From the NCBI GenBank assembly GCA_027923505.1, contig BROI01000001.1, forward strand, positions 1,054,001-1,118,000: a DNA stretch of 64,000 nt. The letters are read 5' to 3'. The notes under the pieces were generated by a model that ran no database searches, was not told the origin of the DNA, and saw only the letters and a program-made list of their open reading frames with translations. Of the stretch, positions 22,188-33,768 are shown piece after piece (positions within the stretch are counted from its first letter, which is position 1; every line of letters begins with the position of its first letter). The DNA is from Mayamaea pseudoterrestris. Its lineage: Eukaryota. Both the position numbers and the translations under genes were made by a program.

Positions 22188-22830
22188 GATGCAATGGTGG
22201 CTGACGAAAGTGAATGTGATTGGTGATGCTGGGCGAATGTGAAGGTGCGATGACAGAATGAGCAGTGAAAGCGAGGATCTACCAGCCGATAGACAAACGG
22301 ATTCTTCTTTCTTTTACTTGAGCAATACAAGCTGGATTCGCGCGCGCGATACCTCACGTAGCCCTTACCAACGTCGTTCCGGCACTGATTCGCCACCACA
22401 CAACTCAATCATGACGCACCAAGGGCAGACAGTCGATAACGGACTCTCGCCACGACAAGCTGATTGTGATCCCGCCGGAAACGCTATAACTACGTGAAGC
22501 AGCAATATAAACTATACAGGCTTACACAATACAATCATCCAGTGTATACGACGCTAAAATTAAGTCAATCGGAGCTTGTTTGAGTATGTGGGACCCGCTG
22601 CAATGTGAAGGATTCATTTGCGCGCTCCCTTGCCGGCGAAATGGAATTAAATGCCTCAGATAATGATCCAAGTAAGAAATCCAGCTATCAGCTCATTACT
22701 CATCATATAATTAAGACAGCGTTGACGCAAAACATGCTGAAAATTGTACCCTTTCAGGTCGTAAATGGAGGCAGCAACCAGAGAGACAATTTGATGAGCT
22801 CTTCTGAGGCAAGTAAACTCACCATCCAAC

Positions 22831-22911
22831 GTCGTTAAGGCCACTATTACTCATCAATTGCATCCATGGCATGTGTATACTCGTTTCATCCAATAATAGT
22901 GGCCTTAACGC
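22831..22911. repeat. About 80-bp hairpin module, copy A
   Basis: 17-bp perfect inverted arms CGTTAAGGCCACTATTA (22833-22849) and TAATAGTGGCCTTAACG (22894-22910). Confidence 0.9.
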
Positions 22912-23163
22912 CTCATACTTGTCTTCATCTTGCCAGTTTTGTGGCGGCGGCATGGAACGAGCCCTTGCCCAAAACGATGATTTTGACGCACTAGCCGATC
23001 CTTAGGCTGACGAATCGCTAGATATGACATCTCCGTGATCACGTTTGAGTATGGACAACTTTGCGCCGGTGTTGAAAGACCTCTTCGGTTTGATCGAACC
23101 AAATTTTGCCGAGCATGGTCGAGGCAACGTACCACTGCGAGGAGAATTACTCATGATCCCTAT

Positions 23164-23245
23164 GTCGTTAAGACAACTATTATTCATCAATTTCATCCGT
23201 GGCATATTAACGCATGTTACGGTCCAATAATAGTGGCCTTAACGC
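23164..23245. repeat. About 80-bp hairpin module, copy B (direct repeat of copy A)
   Basis: First 42 nt are 37/42 identical to copy A, last 23 nt are identical, and the central 16-17 nt differ. Confidence 0.9.
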
Positions 23246-23895
23246 GTCAAACTGGTCTATAGTTGACTCAAGAGCAGCTCTCCGTCGAATTATCGTGTGA
23301 TTTAACACGGAGTACCGGTACGATGATAAGCGAAGCCCATTCAACCGGTGCGACTTTGGTAAGGGCTACGTGAGGTATCGCGCGCGCGAATCCAGCTTGT
23401 AGTAGCAGATATTGTAGAGGTGCGAATTGTGGCAGCAGGTCGTCTTGGTCGCTCGGAACGTTGGGCCGCGAGTTATTGGATCGACCAAGAATGACCAAAT
23501 GACAGTTTACTCACGGGCGTCGTAGAATAGCGCATGAAAACCCCACAAATTGGGGTTGTAGACGCAAGTAAGTATAATCGAGAACCGGTCCGATTCTATT
23601 CTAAGCCGGAGCGACATTTCATTCTTTCGCCGTTTTGGTCATTTTTTGGCGAGGCAGTCGAGCGTCGCGCAGTCGATCGACCTTCATTCTCGCCCATACG
23701 AGCTGCAAGTATCGAGCTGCTACTTCCACACTCGATATACCTTGCATCAAGCAGCTCGTAGACACAGAGGTGAGATGATTTGACGCCTTATTGCCTTGTG
23801 TGACAGGACTTGCATGCTTGAATGGAAATGCTTGCTAGTGGCTTCTTTCGATTGTTACAGATTATTAATTGTGATAGTAAGCGTATATTAGAACT

Positions 23896-25329
23896 TTACA
23901 GTAGTTTCTCGATCCGCTCGTTTGCCATTGCTCGACCATGCTTCTCCAAGTCTGATCGGGTAGCGTAGCCACCTAGCGGTGGCTGCTGCCAAACCTTCCA
24001 GTGCGCGAAATCAAGTTGCAGGTCAAGCTTGTCATTGACCCTCATCAAAGCATACCACCATATATGATAGGCGTCGGTGTTTCGAGTGGTGTGCGAAATA
24101 CCTTTAGGCGGCCGCTTGAGCCACTGTACAAAATATGAGGTGAGTGACATGACGTGAAAATCGCATACCACTCACTAAACGTCTGTTCACATACCGGCTT
24201 CTTGCTACCCACGAAATGCATAAAGTCGCACATGAATTTTCGGCAGGCAGTGGTCACATGTATTCGCGGTTTCGAGTAGTTTGCAAAGGGGTTTGAAAGG
24301 ATGCTCTGCAGGTACACTTCTCCCTTGTCATTGGCAGCCCAATTCTCAACCTTGTCTGGAAATACAATGGACACCGAGCGCTTGTAGTACTTTGTCCAGT
24401 AGTACAAAAGTCCTTGGTCACTAAACGCAAAATGAAACGTCCAATTGGTTCCTCGCACGCCAGGCCGTCGAGCGACCCACTCATCTGGCATCTGAATCGT
24501 GTGGCCCCATCCCCTCAGCTCATCAAACTGGTAGTTATTATCAATCGAGCTCTCCTCGCGTCTCCGAATCACCTTGAGCAAGGAATCGTAGTCGCCTGGT
24601 TTGAGCATGAAGAATCCGCCATTGGCAGGCTCGAGCGCACCCGCCACCACGACATTTTCCTTTAAAGTTCCATGTAGCGATAAATCAAACAAATAATCCA
24701 TGTTTCCCATGGGCATGACATCACCGTCCATGAGTAACACTCGTTTGTATTCGGTCAGTTGCAGTATTTTGAACTTGTTTATGACCTGGAGAGAAAAATC
24801 GCAAGTCTGTGAGTATGCGCAACCATTGATATCTTTCACTTGCTCGCAAGCGATCCTTCGTCGTCATTCAAGCTGTCATACTCACAGTATCGAAAAAGCT
24901 TTCCAGTGGAGAAGGAGGAATGTATCGTATCCTAACATTCATATCCGTAAGCGCTCGCGTATGTTTTGCTGCAAGGCTTGCGCTGGTCGAGTTGATGGAC
25001 ATTTGAAAGATTGCGACAATATTCTGCGTGGAACCTTCCTCTCGAAGAATGTGAGCAGCGACCAGTATATTGTAGATAAAGCCGTCGCATGAAGTATCAT
25101 CAACTTTGCATCCTCCAATGACGAATGCATATGCGCATTGACTAGTAGATGAAGCAGACGATGCTTGTTGAAAGCTTGACAAATCGTACGAGAGCCTTGT
25201 CCTTGTTCCATTGCTTGAAATAGCCGATAATTGTTGCAAATTTTGCCCAAATTCCCAAATGACTTTGGTCCATATGAAAATGGCCAATATAAATAATAGA
25301 GCCTTGGCCCGGCGAGAGACACTGGGCAT
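23896..25329 (-). CDS. Glycosyltransferase family 8-like type II membrane protein; 3 exons (25329-24886, 24785-24195, 24123-23896)
   Basis: N-terminal TM; KFKILQLTEYKRVLLMDGD (DxD), NGGFFMLKP, SDQGLLYYW, HFVGSKKP|W; in-frame GT-AG introns. Confidence 0.88.
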
Positions 25330-25506
25330 GCTTAGAACCTCCTCATCCTTGCAACGAGCCGAATGTTGTGATGATGTTGTTGTTGTGACGGCATCTCATG
25401 GTGTCACGTCAGTACCGGTGCGATATTAGCCATATCTTGCAGCGCTTTTCTCCCTCCACACTCCACACACACAAAACGTACCAAGAGCATCAAACTCGAC
25501 GCAACC

Positions 25507-26630
25507 ATGGCGAAGAAGAAGGTCCTCCTTATGGGAAAGGCCCATTCGGGCAAGACGAGGTAAATGAATTGCTGCAGTGCTGCTCTATGAGAGAAAGTGG
25601 AGCTAATCTGCAGAGTTCTTCTACTCAGTAGCTCCTTTTGCTGGCTGCTGCTTGCTGCTACTTTTGTACCTCCTCCATTTTGTGTTAAAACTCTTTATTT
25701 ATTCTTATTCACTCTCTTGTCAATTCTTGTATTAGCATGCGATCCATTATATTCGCCAACTACTTGGCCCGCGACACTACGCGCCTTTCGCCAACACTCG
25801 AAGTGGAATATCACCACATTCGTTTCATGGGTGATTTGACGCTCAACCTTTGGGACTGCGGTGGGCAAGACGCCTTTTATGACTCCTACTTTGAACGTGA
25901 TCGCGAGTCCATCTTTCGAAGCGTCGAGCTGCTCATTTACGTCTTTGACATTGAGTCAGAGTCGCCGGAAAAGGATTTTGATCACTTTTGCGGAGTCTTG
26001 GAAGCTATCGAAGAAAACTCGCCTGATGCTCGCGTCTTTGTATTGGTTCATAAAATGGACTTGGTGGCCGAGGAGGATCGAACGGCCATTTTGGAGGATC
26101 GCAAGCGGTTGATTGCGGATAGCTGCCAGTCGTGCGGAGTCGAAAACTTTGTCATTTTCGGAACCAGCATTTGGGATGAAACGCTCTACAAGGCGTGGAG
26201 CGAGATTGTCACCAACCTCATTCCAAACATTGGCTTGCTGGAGAATCACTTGCAAAACTTTTGCAGAATCTGCGACGCGGACGAAGTTGTCTTGTTTGAG
26301 CGAGCGACTTTTCTCGTCATTAGTCACGCACAAGTCAAGCCGTCGGCGGATGACCCAACCCTGACGCAGCGGACGGAACATTTTGACGCGCATCGCTTTG
26401 AAAAGATTTCAAACATTGTCAAGCAGTTCAAGCTTTCCTGCGGCAAGGCGCAGTCCTCCTTTCAGGGTATGGAGGTGCGCAACTCGAGGTTTTGCGCCTT
26501 TATTGACGCATTCACGGCGCATACCTATATTATGGTGATTGTGAGCAACGCGCAGGTTCATACGGCAGCCACGGTGATGAACATTCAGAATGCGAGGAAC
26601 CATTTTGAAAAGTTTATTCCGCGTGTCTAG
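25507..26630 (+). CDS. RRAGA: Ras-related GTP-binding protein A/B (Gtr1/RagA); 2 exons (25507-25559, 25736-26630)
   Basis: [68 protein letters not shown]. Confidence 0.97.
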
Positions 26631-26742
26631 GTTTAGTATGGGGCCGGCAGGTGACGAGTTGAAGCATATATTGTAACATTGTCGGCGTATGTATTTAGTA
26701 GCGACTTTATCTTGTTCTATTCTACCAGTACATGGTACTTTC

Positions 26743-29700
26743 TTAGTCGTCGAAAGCACCCAGCTCATTCATCCAAGAACGTCGCATTTCGACTTCCTCG
26801 CTATGGCGTTGACGCTTGCCAAGGGCTTTTGCCCGATCACGAAGCTCTACGGCAACCTTTGCTTCCTCGCCTTGCTCACGTTGCTTCTCGAAAACAATCT
26901 TTGCCATGGGTAGCAACAGCTTTAATAGAACATCAACCAGCTTGTCGACTGATTCAAAGTCGCGAACAATGAAACGAGGATACTGCTCCAGATCAACCTC
27001 ATCAATATGCTTGACATTGACGGCGGAAGTTATTTCCTTGATGGCTTCACTTTCCTCCTGATCAATCTGGTCCCATCCTTCGTCATCTTGATCGTCTGAA
27101 CTTTCGCCACCACTGATTCGTTGTATATCCTCCTTGCTTCCACCACTAATTTCAATGTCAACACCGAACGGTGAAAATCGGCCAGGAAAGCAAACATCAA
27201 CTCCTTTTGGAAGTACACCACGTGGAAGCAAAGACGCAATTGTCGCAATGTGCCGAGGCCGCAAGCCAGGGCTTCGTAAAACACACTCGGGCCCATCAAC
27301 GCCTTCCACAATGCCGACCAGATCGATGCCAAGTCGCCGGCACGACGCATGTAGATGCATGGTTTTAAGCTGGCTTTGCAGGTGAGCGGGCAGCGGCCCA
27401 TATGTTTCCTTCCAATAGTTTGTGAGAGCAACCAGCTGCGCAGTATTCTCAGCGAGGCGGGCTTTGGCAGCCTCTTTATACATCACTTCCTTGTCTTGTA
27501 TGTAATCTTCGGAAACCGAAAACGTATCAGGAGATCCAAAAGTAGGAACGAGCATACTCGTTCGCACCACAAGCGGCAAGTCCAAGCCTCGAAGCTTGCG
27601 AATACTCTTCTTCAGCATGCGCATGTAGAGATCAAAGCCAACTTTTGCGGCCAAACCAGACTGCTCCGTGCCTAACAAGCTACCAGCGCCACGGATTTCT
27701 AGATCGCGGTTCGCGATATCAAAGCCGGACCCCAGCTCATTCATTTCGGCCAGAGCTTGCAGTCGCATCGCTGCAGTCTCTGTATAAGACTCCACTCGAT
27801 GAAAGAAGTACGCGTACGCTTGCTTGTCGGATCGGCCAACTCGACCTCGGAGCTGGTACAAGGTCGACATTCCAAAAGCCTGGCTGTTCACGACAATAAT
27901 TGTGTTCACAGTCGGAATATCGACACCATTTTCAATCACAGTCGTTGCCAATAAAACGTCATGCTTGCCTTCGGCAAATGCTGCGACATTTTCTTCTGCG
28001 CCGTTTCGCAGCATTCGACCATGAGCTCGAATAATACGAATGTCAGGTGATATCTGCTTGATCGTTTCCTCGGCATCGTCAAGCATGGAAATCTTTGGAA
28101 CAACGTAGTAAATTTGCCCTCCGCGATTCAACTCTGTTTCAATGGCTTGGCGAACCAGATCTTCGTCGTACTCCTGAACGTAGGTGACAGTCGGCTTGCG
28201 CATCGGCGGAGGAGACCGAAGCGTCGACGTGTCCCTGATACCGCTCAAACTCATCTGAAGTGTTCGCGGAATCGGTGTTGCACTGAGAGTAAGAACATCA
28301 ACTCCGTTGTAGATGAGCTTGAGTCGTTCCTTCTGCTTGACGCCAAAACGCTGCTCTTCATCCACCACCAAAAGCCCGAGATTTTTGAACGAAACACGGT
28401 TAGACAAAAGGGCGTGTGTACCTACAACCAAGTCTGCTTCGCCGGAAGAAATTTGCTCTCGAATATCTTTCGCGGAAAGTGTTCCTCGCTTACTGCCACC
28501 GCACAGCAAAGCAATTTTTAGATTGAACGGCGTGTCGGGGCCCATTCGCTTCATCAAATTCTTGTAATGCTGCGATGCGAGGACTCCAGTTGGCGCCAAT
28601 AGGGCAGCCTGTTTGCCATTTATGATGGCTCTATACAAGGCCCTAAAGGCAATCTCGGTCTTTCCAAATCCGACGTCACCGCAGACAAGCTTTACATAAA
28701 AAGATAATTGGACACGATGAGTTCAAGGCAATGCAGATTCAAGACATTTCATTTGCCAACAAGTCACACTTACTCTATCCATCGGTCGACTGCGCCATAT
28801 CATGTCATTCTCCACATCTTCAAAGCACTTCTTCTGATCCACCGTCGGTTCAAAAGCAAACGTTTCCTCCAATTGCTTCACCTTAACTTCCTTGGCCGGA
28901 TCAAATGGCGTTCGCTGCACCGTCTCTCGCGTTGCGTACAGCGCCAAAACATCCTGTGCCATTTCCATGGTATTTTCCTCAACGCGCTGCGTTGCCTTGG
29001 CCCACGTGTCGCCCCGCAGCCGCGATAGTTTTGGTTTAATTGCAGCGTCGCCAGCTCGGTAGCGACTCAATCGATACGCTCGATCCAGTGGCACGTGAAC
29101 AATGCCATCCATGTAGGAGACTTCCAAGACTGTCGTTTGCGGATTGGATACAATGTCAGTGTCTTCCTCCGTTCCAAACTTGTCGCGAATTTCATTAATG
29201 TCCTTCGCCGTGACAGATCCGTTGATGTCTTGCAGCTCCTTCAGCTTGATTGTCAGTATCTCTGCTCGTCGTTTGTCGCGAGCTGCGATTTCATCAGTTG
29301 AAAGCTTGGTTTTTGGTTGCAGGCATGTCCGATCAAATCGCCCGATTCCATATTTGCGATGAACAACAAAATCTCCGGGAAATACTTCCAACGACCATCC
29401 ACCGGCGCTGCCAATGCGAATGCCAGCTCGTTTCGCAAACGATAATGACTTGTTGGGTAGTACAGGTGCTGGTGTCGATTTTGCACGAGCGTCAACCTCC
29501 TCTTTATCTGTATCACTTGCCAATCCAATCTCTAACTTTTTATCAGTTGTACTGTCCTCTGCATCACCTTCCATGAGCGCTTCCCACTCGGCTGTCATTT
29601 CAGCGTCCATTTCGCCGCCTCCGGCTTGCTGATTGGCTTTATTGTTCTTATTTACTTCATCCATTGACGGCAAGACAACCTGAAACTCAAGTCCCTGTGC

Positions 29701-30282
29701 TTGTGCAATGGCGGCATGTATTGCATGCTCCTTGTCCTGCTGAGCTTGAAGCGCTTGTTGTTGCTTCAATGCTCGCTTGGCAGCAGCAGCTGCTGCTTCT
29801 CTTGTTTCTTCTGAAAGTGATGCAGCCATTGCTGCTTGCTCTTCCTCTATCCGTTGATTGTTTTTGGTAATGGAACTTTGCCAGCTGGCGTCTTCGTCAT
29901 CCCCGTCAGTATCATCATCGTCATCGTCGTCTTCGTCTTGAACAGCTCCCCATTTGCTATTTGAGTCGTCGTCGTTGATCCGTTTCCGTTTCACTTGATT
30001 GCTGCCGACAACGACATCCAAGTCGTTTGGATTGTGAAAGCGAGCCATTTCGAGTCGAGTACCTGATACTCTGAAAGAATAGAATAGTCCATGCCTTTGC
30101 CTCTCGTCTTGTCGCCTCGAGTGAAAGTTTGATTGATGTAATGCTGGAACGAGTGCAACAGAAGCATGTCGCCGCGTGACGGATGCCGAAAAGGAGAGGG
30201 TCGTTGGCCAATTGAAAAGACATGCAGACAATATGACAGCCAATGTATTCAAGCTATAGGCGTCTCGTCTTCTCCTTATCAT
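26743..30282 (-). CDS. mfd: Transcription-repair coupling factor (Mfd/TRCF-like DExH helicase), probably plastid-targeted; 2 exons (30282-28774, 28689-26743)
   Basis: CarD-like [73 protein letters not shown]. Signal peptide ending TLS-FS. Confidence 0.93.
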
Positions 30283-30577
30283 GACGTTATAGTTATAATG
30301 GGCGCAAAAAGTGGAAGGAAAGATGGACCTTCGAGCCCAAAATGAGCTGATCGTTCCAATCGAATGGCAAAATCTTTTGTCGCAGTGGTGCTCACGACGA
30401 CTTACACCATGGGATATGGGACGCAGAATCGGCGATAACATTATTGACTGGCACAAGCAACTCAAAGACACTTGTGTAGCTTCTATATAGTGGTTCATCT
30501 AAGGCATGCTTGACTTTATTGACTTCGTGTAACGTGTGTCTGGCAGCAACTTTACCCAGCGTCACTCGTCATTCATT

Positions 30578-31870
30578 TCAATTTTCGGAATCGTCATCCG
30601 AAACATTCAACCACACTTTTGCCATTTCGTAAGTTCCAAATCCAATGGCGGAAAAGGCGCCGGAAAAGGCCATGCGCGAGCCTGCGCCAGCGTACAATCC
30701 CTTCAATCCTTGCTCGGTGACCACCAAGTTGACGCAGGCTGGTATATCCACTGGACATGTTCCTGTAGATACTCTCGTTCTTAATACATCAAAGGGGGTC
30801 ATCAAGCCGCTCGCCAATGCGCCAGCCAAGGCACCTGCCAAGAAGATGCGAACTGGAACAGCCGTGGCGGATGGGAGTGCGTGATCATCTGCGCCATTTG
30901 TTGACATTTGTCCTCCCGTCCTTGCTCGTGGCGTAGACGCTGCTGATACAATGACGGCTCGCTTTAGTTCCTCGTAAATGCAAAAGCGCAATATGGCTGA
31001 TGGTATATTCCGTAGCAAAGTCGTTTGCCAGCCGCGATACAAACTATTGACAAAGTGCGCTGCAATGACTGGCTCCTTGACCAGCAGACTACGACTCGCA
31101 CCAGCCGAAGCACCAGAAGCAGCTGCCGACCATAGTGTTGCCAAGGTTGACCCAAGATTTTGACCCGTGTATTGCATCTGTTGCTTCAACAGTTCCTTTG
31201 GCACGAAGATAGCCGACGACGCCAAGTTGCCCGAGGCAGCTGCCAATGCGTGAATGAAAAATCGTTGCGGAAAGGTCAAGTCGTGATTGTCTGTCTGCTG
31301 TTTTCGAACTCGTCGATGTAAATGTCGCTTGACACTCGCATACGTTCCAAAGTATAGAGCCGAGGAGGGTATTGCTCCAATGGTGCTCGACACCAAGCCC
31401 TTGTAGGCTCGACCGACATGCCATGTCGATTGAGTTGATGGAGTTGCTGCTGGAGTATGAATCAAGCCCTTCAGTGCATTTTGGACGGATGGGTATTTGG
31501 AAGGATTGGCTTGTCGCAATGTCTTGGCAGAATCCATGGGAAAGAGCACTAATGTACCAACGGCTCCGCCGAGTCCTCCGCAAAAGCCTAGTTTCAATGC
31601 GTCGATTAAAGAGTGCTGATTGCTGTGGTGAGATTGTGATGATTGTCGTGATGGTTTTATCTTTGAATCTCTTTGCGGTCTATGATGATATGGTTTATGA
31701 GCCAGAAGATACTGTTCCCTTTCTGTCCGTATTCTTCCACTTGACGTATCATGGTTCCGCAGCGTGTTGGAAAGATGTTGCGAATTGGCATGGACAGTCA
31801 AATGTCGATAACAAGATGACAATAGCAGTGGCAGTAGTAGCACGTAACAAACATTGAAAGAAGACTTCAT
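30578..31870 (-). CDS. Mitochondrial carrier family (SLC25, SAM-carrier-like) protein with N-terminal signal-like extension
   Basis: Three carrier signature motifs (PMDSAK, PKELLK, PFDVLR) and GLKGLYAG. Start chosen at MKSSF; the ORF extends further upstream. Confidence 0.88.
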   Translation of the reverse strand: MKSSFNVCYVLLLPLLLSSCYRHLTVHANSQHLSNTLRNHDTSSGRIRTEREQYLLAHKPYHHRPQRDSKIKPSRQSSQSHHSNQHSLIDALKLGFCGGLGGAVGTLVLFPMDSAKTLRQANPSKYPSVQNALKGLIHTPAATPSTQSTWHVGRAYKGLVSSTIGAIPSSALYFGTYASVKRHLHRRVRKQQTDNHDLTFPQRFFIHALAAASGNLASSAIFVPKELLKQQMQYTGQNLGSTLATLWSAAASGASAGASRSLLVKEPVIAAHFVNSLYRGWQTTLLRNIPSAILRFCIYEELKRAVIVSAASTPRARTGGQMSTNGADDHALPSATAVPVRIFLAGALAGALASGLMTPFDVLRTRVSTGTCPVDIPACVNLVVTEQGLKGLYAGAGSRMAFSGAFSAIGFGTYEMAKVWLNVSDDDSEN

Positions 31871-32105
31871 AGCGAGTGGGCTTAGACGTATCGGCTTTCT
31901 CCGTCGTTTAATCATGACTTGGCCGTTTCTTGATTTGAATGCGCGAAGAATTAGCGGCGCAGAATCATCATCATGGTGGCGGGAAGGCGAAAGATGGGGC
32001 GGATACAGCTTCAATACCGTTAAGACTTTTCTTGAGTACCGCTGCGTCGTTTCACAGCACAGAACCCGTCGCAGCTTTGCAGCCCAGCCACAAAACCGTT
32101 TCACC

Positions 32106-32806
32106 ATGGTAAGTGCTTCCGCTGCTACTGCTGCTAAATTCCTGTCTCGTTATAAAGTCAAACCTGTCTCATGAATCTTTTTGCAATGAGCAGTGGTAAA
32201 ATCTGGAAGGATTTTGTTGCGTTTGTCATTTTGAATCAGTGTGCGTCACATTTTCGTTGCTCGTTACTTTGTCTCTGACATTTACCATTGCTTATTTGTT
32301 TACAGCCAACGGGGAAGGGAAGCAAACTATTAAAATACGTGGAGCATCGACTCCGCGTGACTCTCCATGATGGTCGCAGCATTGTCGGAACCTTTTTAGC
32401 CTTTGACAAGCACTTGAATCTGGTACTGAGTGAGGCTGAAGAATTTCGCATTTTGAAGAAAAAGGGCGCTCTATTGGAGGAGCGAACCGAGAAGCGCAAC
32501 CTTGGTCTCGTGCTGGTGCGAGGCGAAAATGTGATTAGCATGGCTGTTGAAGGTCCTCCGCCACCGTCGGCTCCCAAGGCAGCTCCTGGTGGACCGGGAA
32601 TGGCGCGCGGCGTTGGTCGAGGAATGTTGGTTCCGCCGCCACAGCAACCACCCGGCGGCATGGCTCCGCCGGTTGGTTTGGGTGCCGCTCCTGTCTATGG
32701 CATGGGAAACTTGCCGCCGCCACCGCCTCCTCCGCATGGTGCATATCCGCCGCCCGGAATGGGCAGAGGCATGCCACCGCAACAGATGAGACCTCCTGGA
32801 TATTGA
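32106..32806 (+). CDS. SNRPB: Small nuclear ribonucleoprotein SmB; first coding exon is the ATG alone (32106-32108), intron 32109-32305
   Basis: RLRVTLHDGRSIVGTFLAFDKHLNLVLSEAEEFR, LGLVLVRGENVISMAVEGPPP, RG/Pro-rich tail; accATG|GTAAGT ... TACAG|CCA. Confidence 0.96.
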
Positions 32807-33768
32807 GCGAGTATAAAACGCATTATAGCAGTGTTCAGGGGTATAGGTTCTGCGTAGTAGAGTCTTTTACTTCTTATCAAAGTTAGTCCATATTCAATAG
32901 ATGACTGTTAAATTTTAGGTGAATTTCTCGTCTTGGTTGCCGGAGGAACATCACCATCGAATCGAAAGGGCAAACCGTTAAGCTGTCACCTACTTTGCTT
33001 TCCTTGTCTTCCATGCCCGTTTCCAGTAGAATTACGTTACCTGTAAAAACACTTTGGCTGTCTTTGCTGGACTGCGGCTGGTAAAAAAAGTCAAAACGTT
33101 TGTTTAGTGAATTTGATATAAGCAGCTCAATCTGCGGCGTGATAGCCATTAAGCACAACCATGACATTTTATCATCGATGTTAATGACGACGTCCCAGTA
33201 GACTTTCTTCAATGGGCTTGGTGTGAACGAAAGACAAGTAATGACTACTGTAGGGCGAAAGCGAGTCATCTCAAGGGGCAAGCGGCGCGAGTCGGCAGGA
33301 TCACAGATTGTCCGAGCTCCCCTCGCTCGCAATGAAAGTGGAAAAGGCTGCTTGAAAGAGCCATGGGTAGTTCATAGTGCTTGCTTGCTCCGATTTTGGT
33401 TAAAAAAAATTGGCATCGACGGCAGTTAATAAGAAATGTGTATCGTTTTGCTTGCGCCTGTGAGCGCCTGACTTTGGATCAAGCATCGTTCGGAGCTACG
33501 GGATCAGCAAAGAGTCGTAACTGCGGGAACCAATTCTCGCGAATCTGCTAGAGCTTCCCGTCCACTGTAAACGAATTGGTGAGAGTGTCATGGGATGAAC
33601 AATGAACACTGTCATCATGCTCATTGATTCGACAGGTCAACTCAAGCTGACGTCCGAAAAACCGTTGCGACAGAGAAACTGCTGCTGCTCGGCGAACCAT
33701 CACCATGGGATTCTTCGATGAAGCTGCCGTTAACGTACTTGAGTAGCTACAGCAGGTAACGAAGCAGC

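Larger units (their letters stand above)
22326..23401. mobile_element. Non-autonomous DNA transposon (MITE-like, Tc1/mariner-type ends), about 1.07 kb
   Basis: Perfect 46-bp inverted repeat: 22326-22371 (TACAAGCTGGATTCGCGCGCGCGATACCTCACGTAGCCCTTACCAA) and 23356-23401, extending to 51 bp with one mismatch. Ends TA|CA...TG|TA; outer flanks unrelated; no intact transposase. Confidence 0.8.

Noticed and set aside
22833..22910. Hammerhead ribozyme or C/D snoRNA on the minus strand (TGATGA and GAAAC present)
   Set aside because: No CTGA box D or CUGANGA core, stems are not adjacent to the core, and GAAAC is not conserved in copy B.
22605..23230. Short ORFs inside the TIR element as a transposase
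   Set aside because: Stop-interrupted and no recognisable DDE or HTH motif; at most a degenerate remnant.
22831..23245. CRISPR array or integron attC interpretation of the hairpin repeats
   Set aside because: Only two units, about 80 bp long with a 250-bp gap. No cas or integrase gene, eukaryotic context, and the GTT/AAC arms are oriented opposite to attC.
32883..33332. 149-aa minus-strand ORF between SmB and the SANT gene
   Set aside because: Non-ATG start and no recognisable motif.
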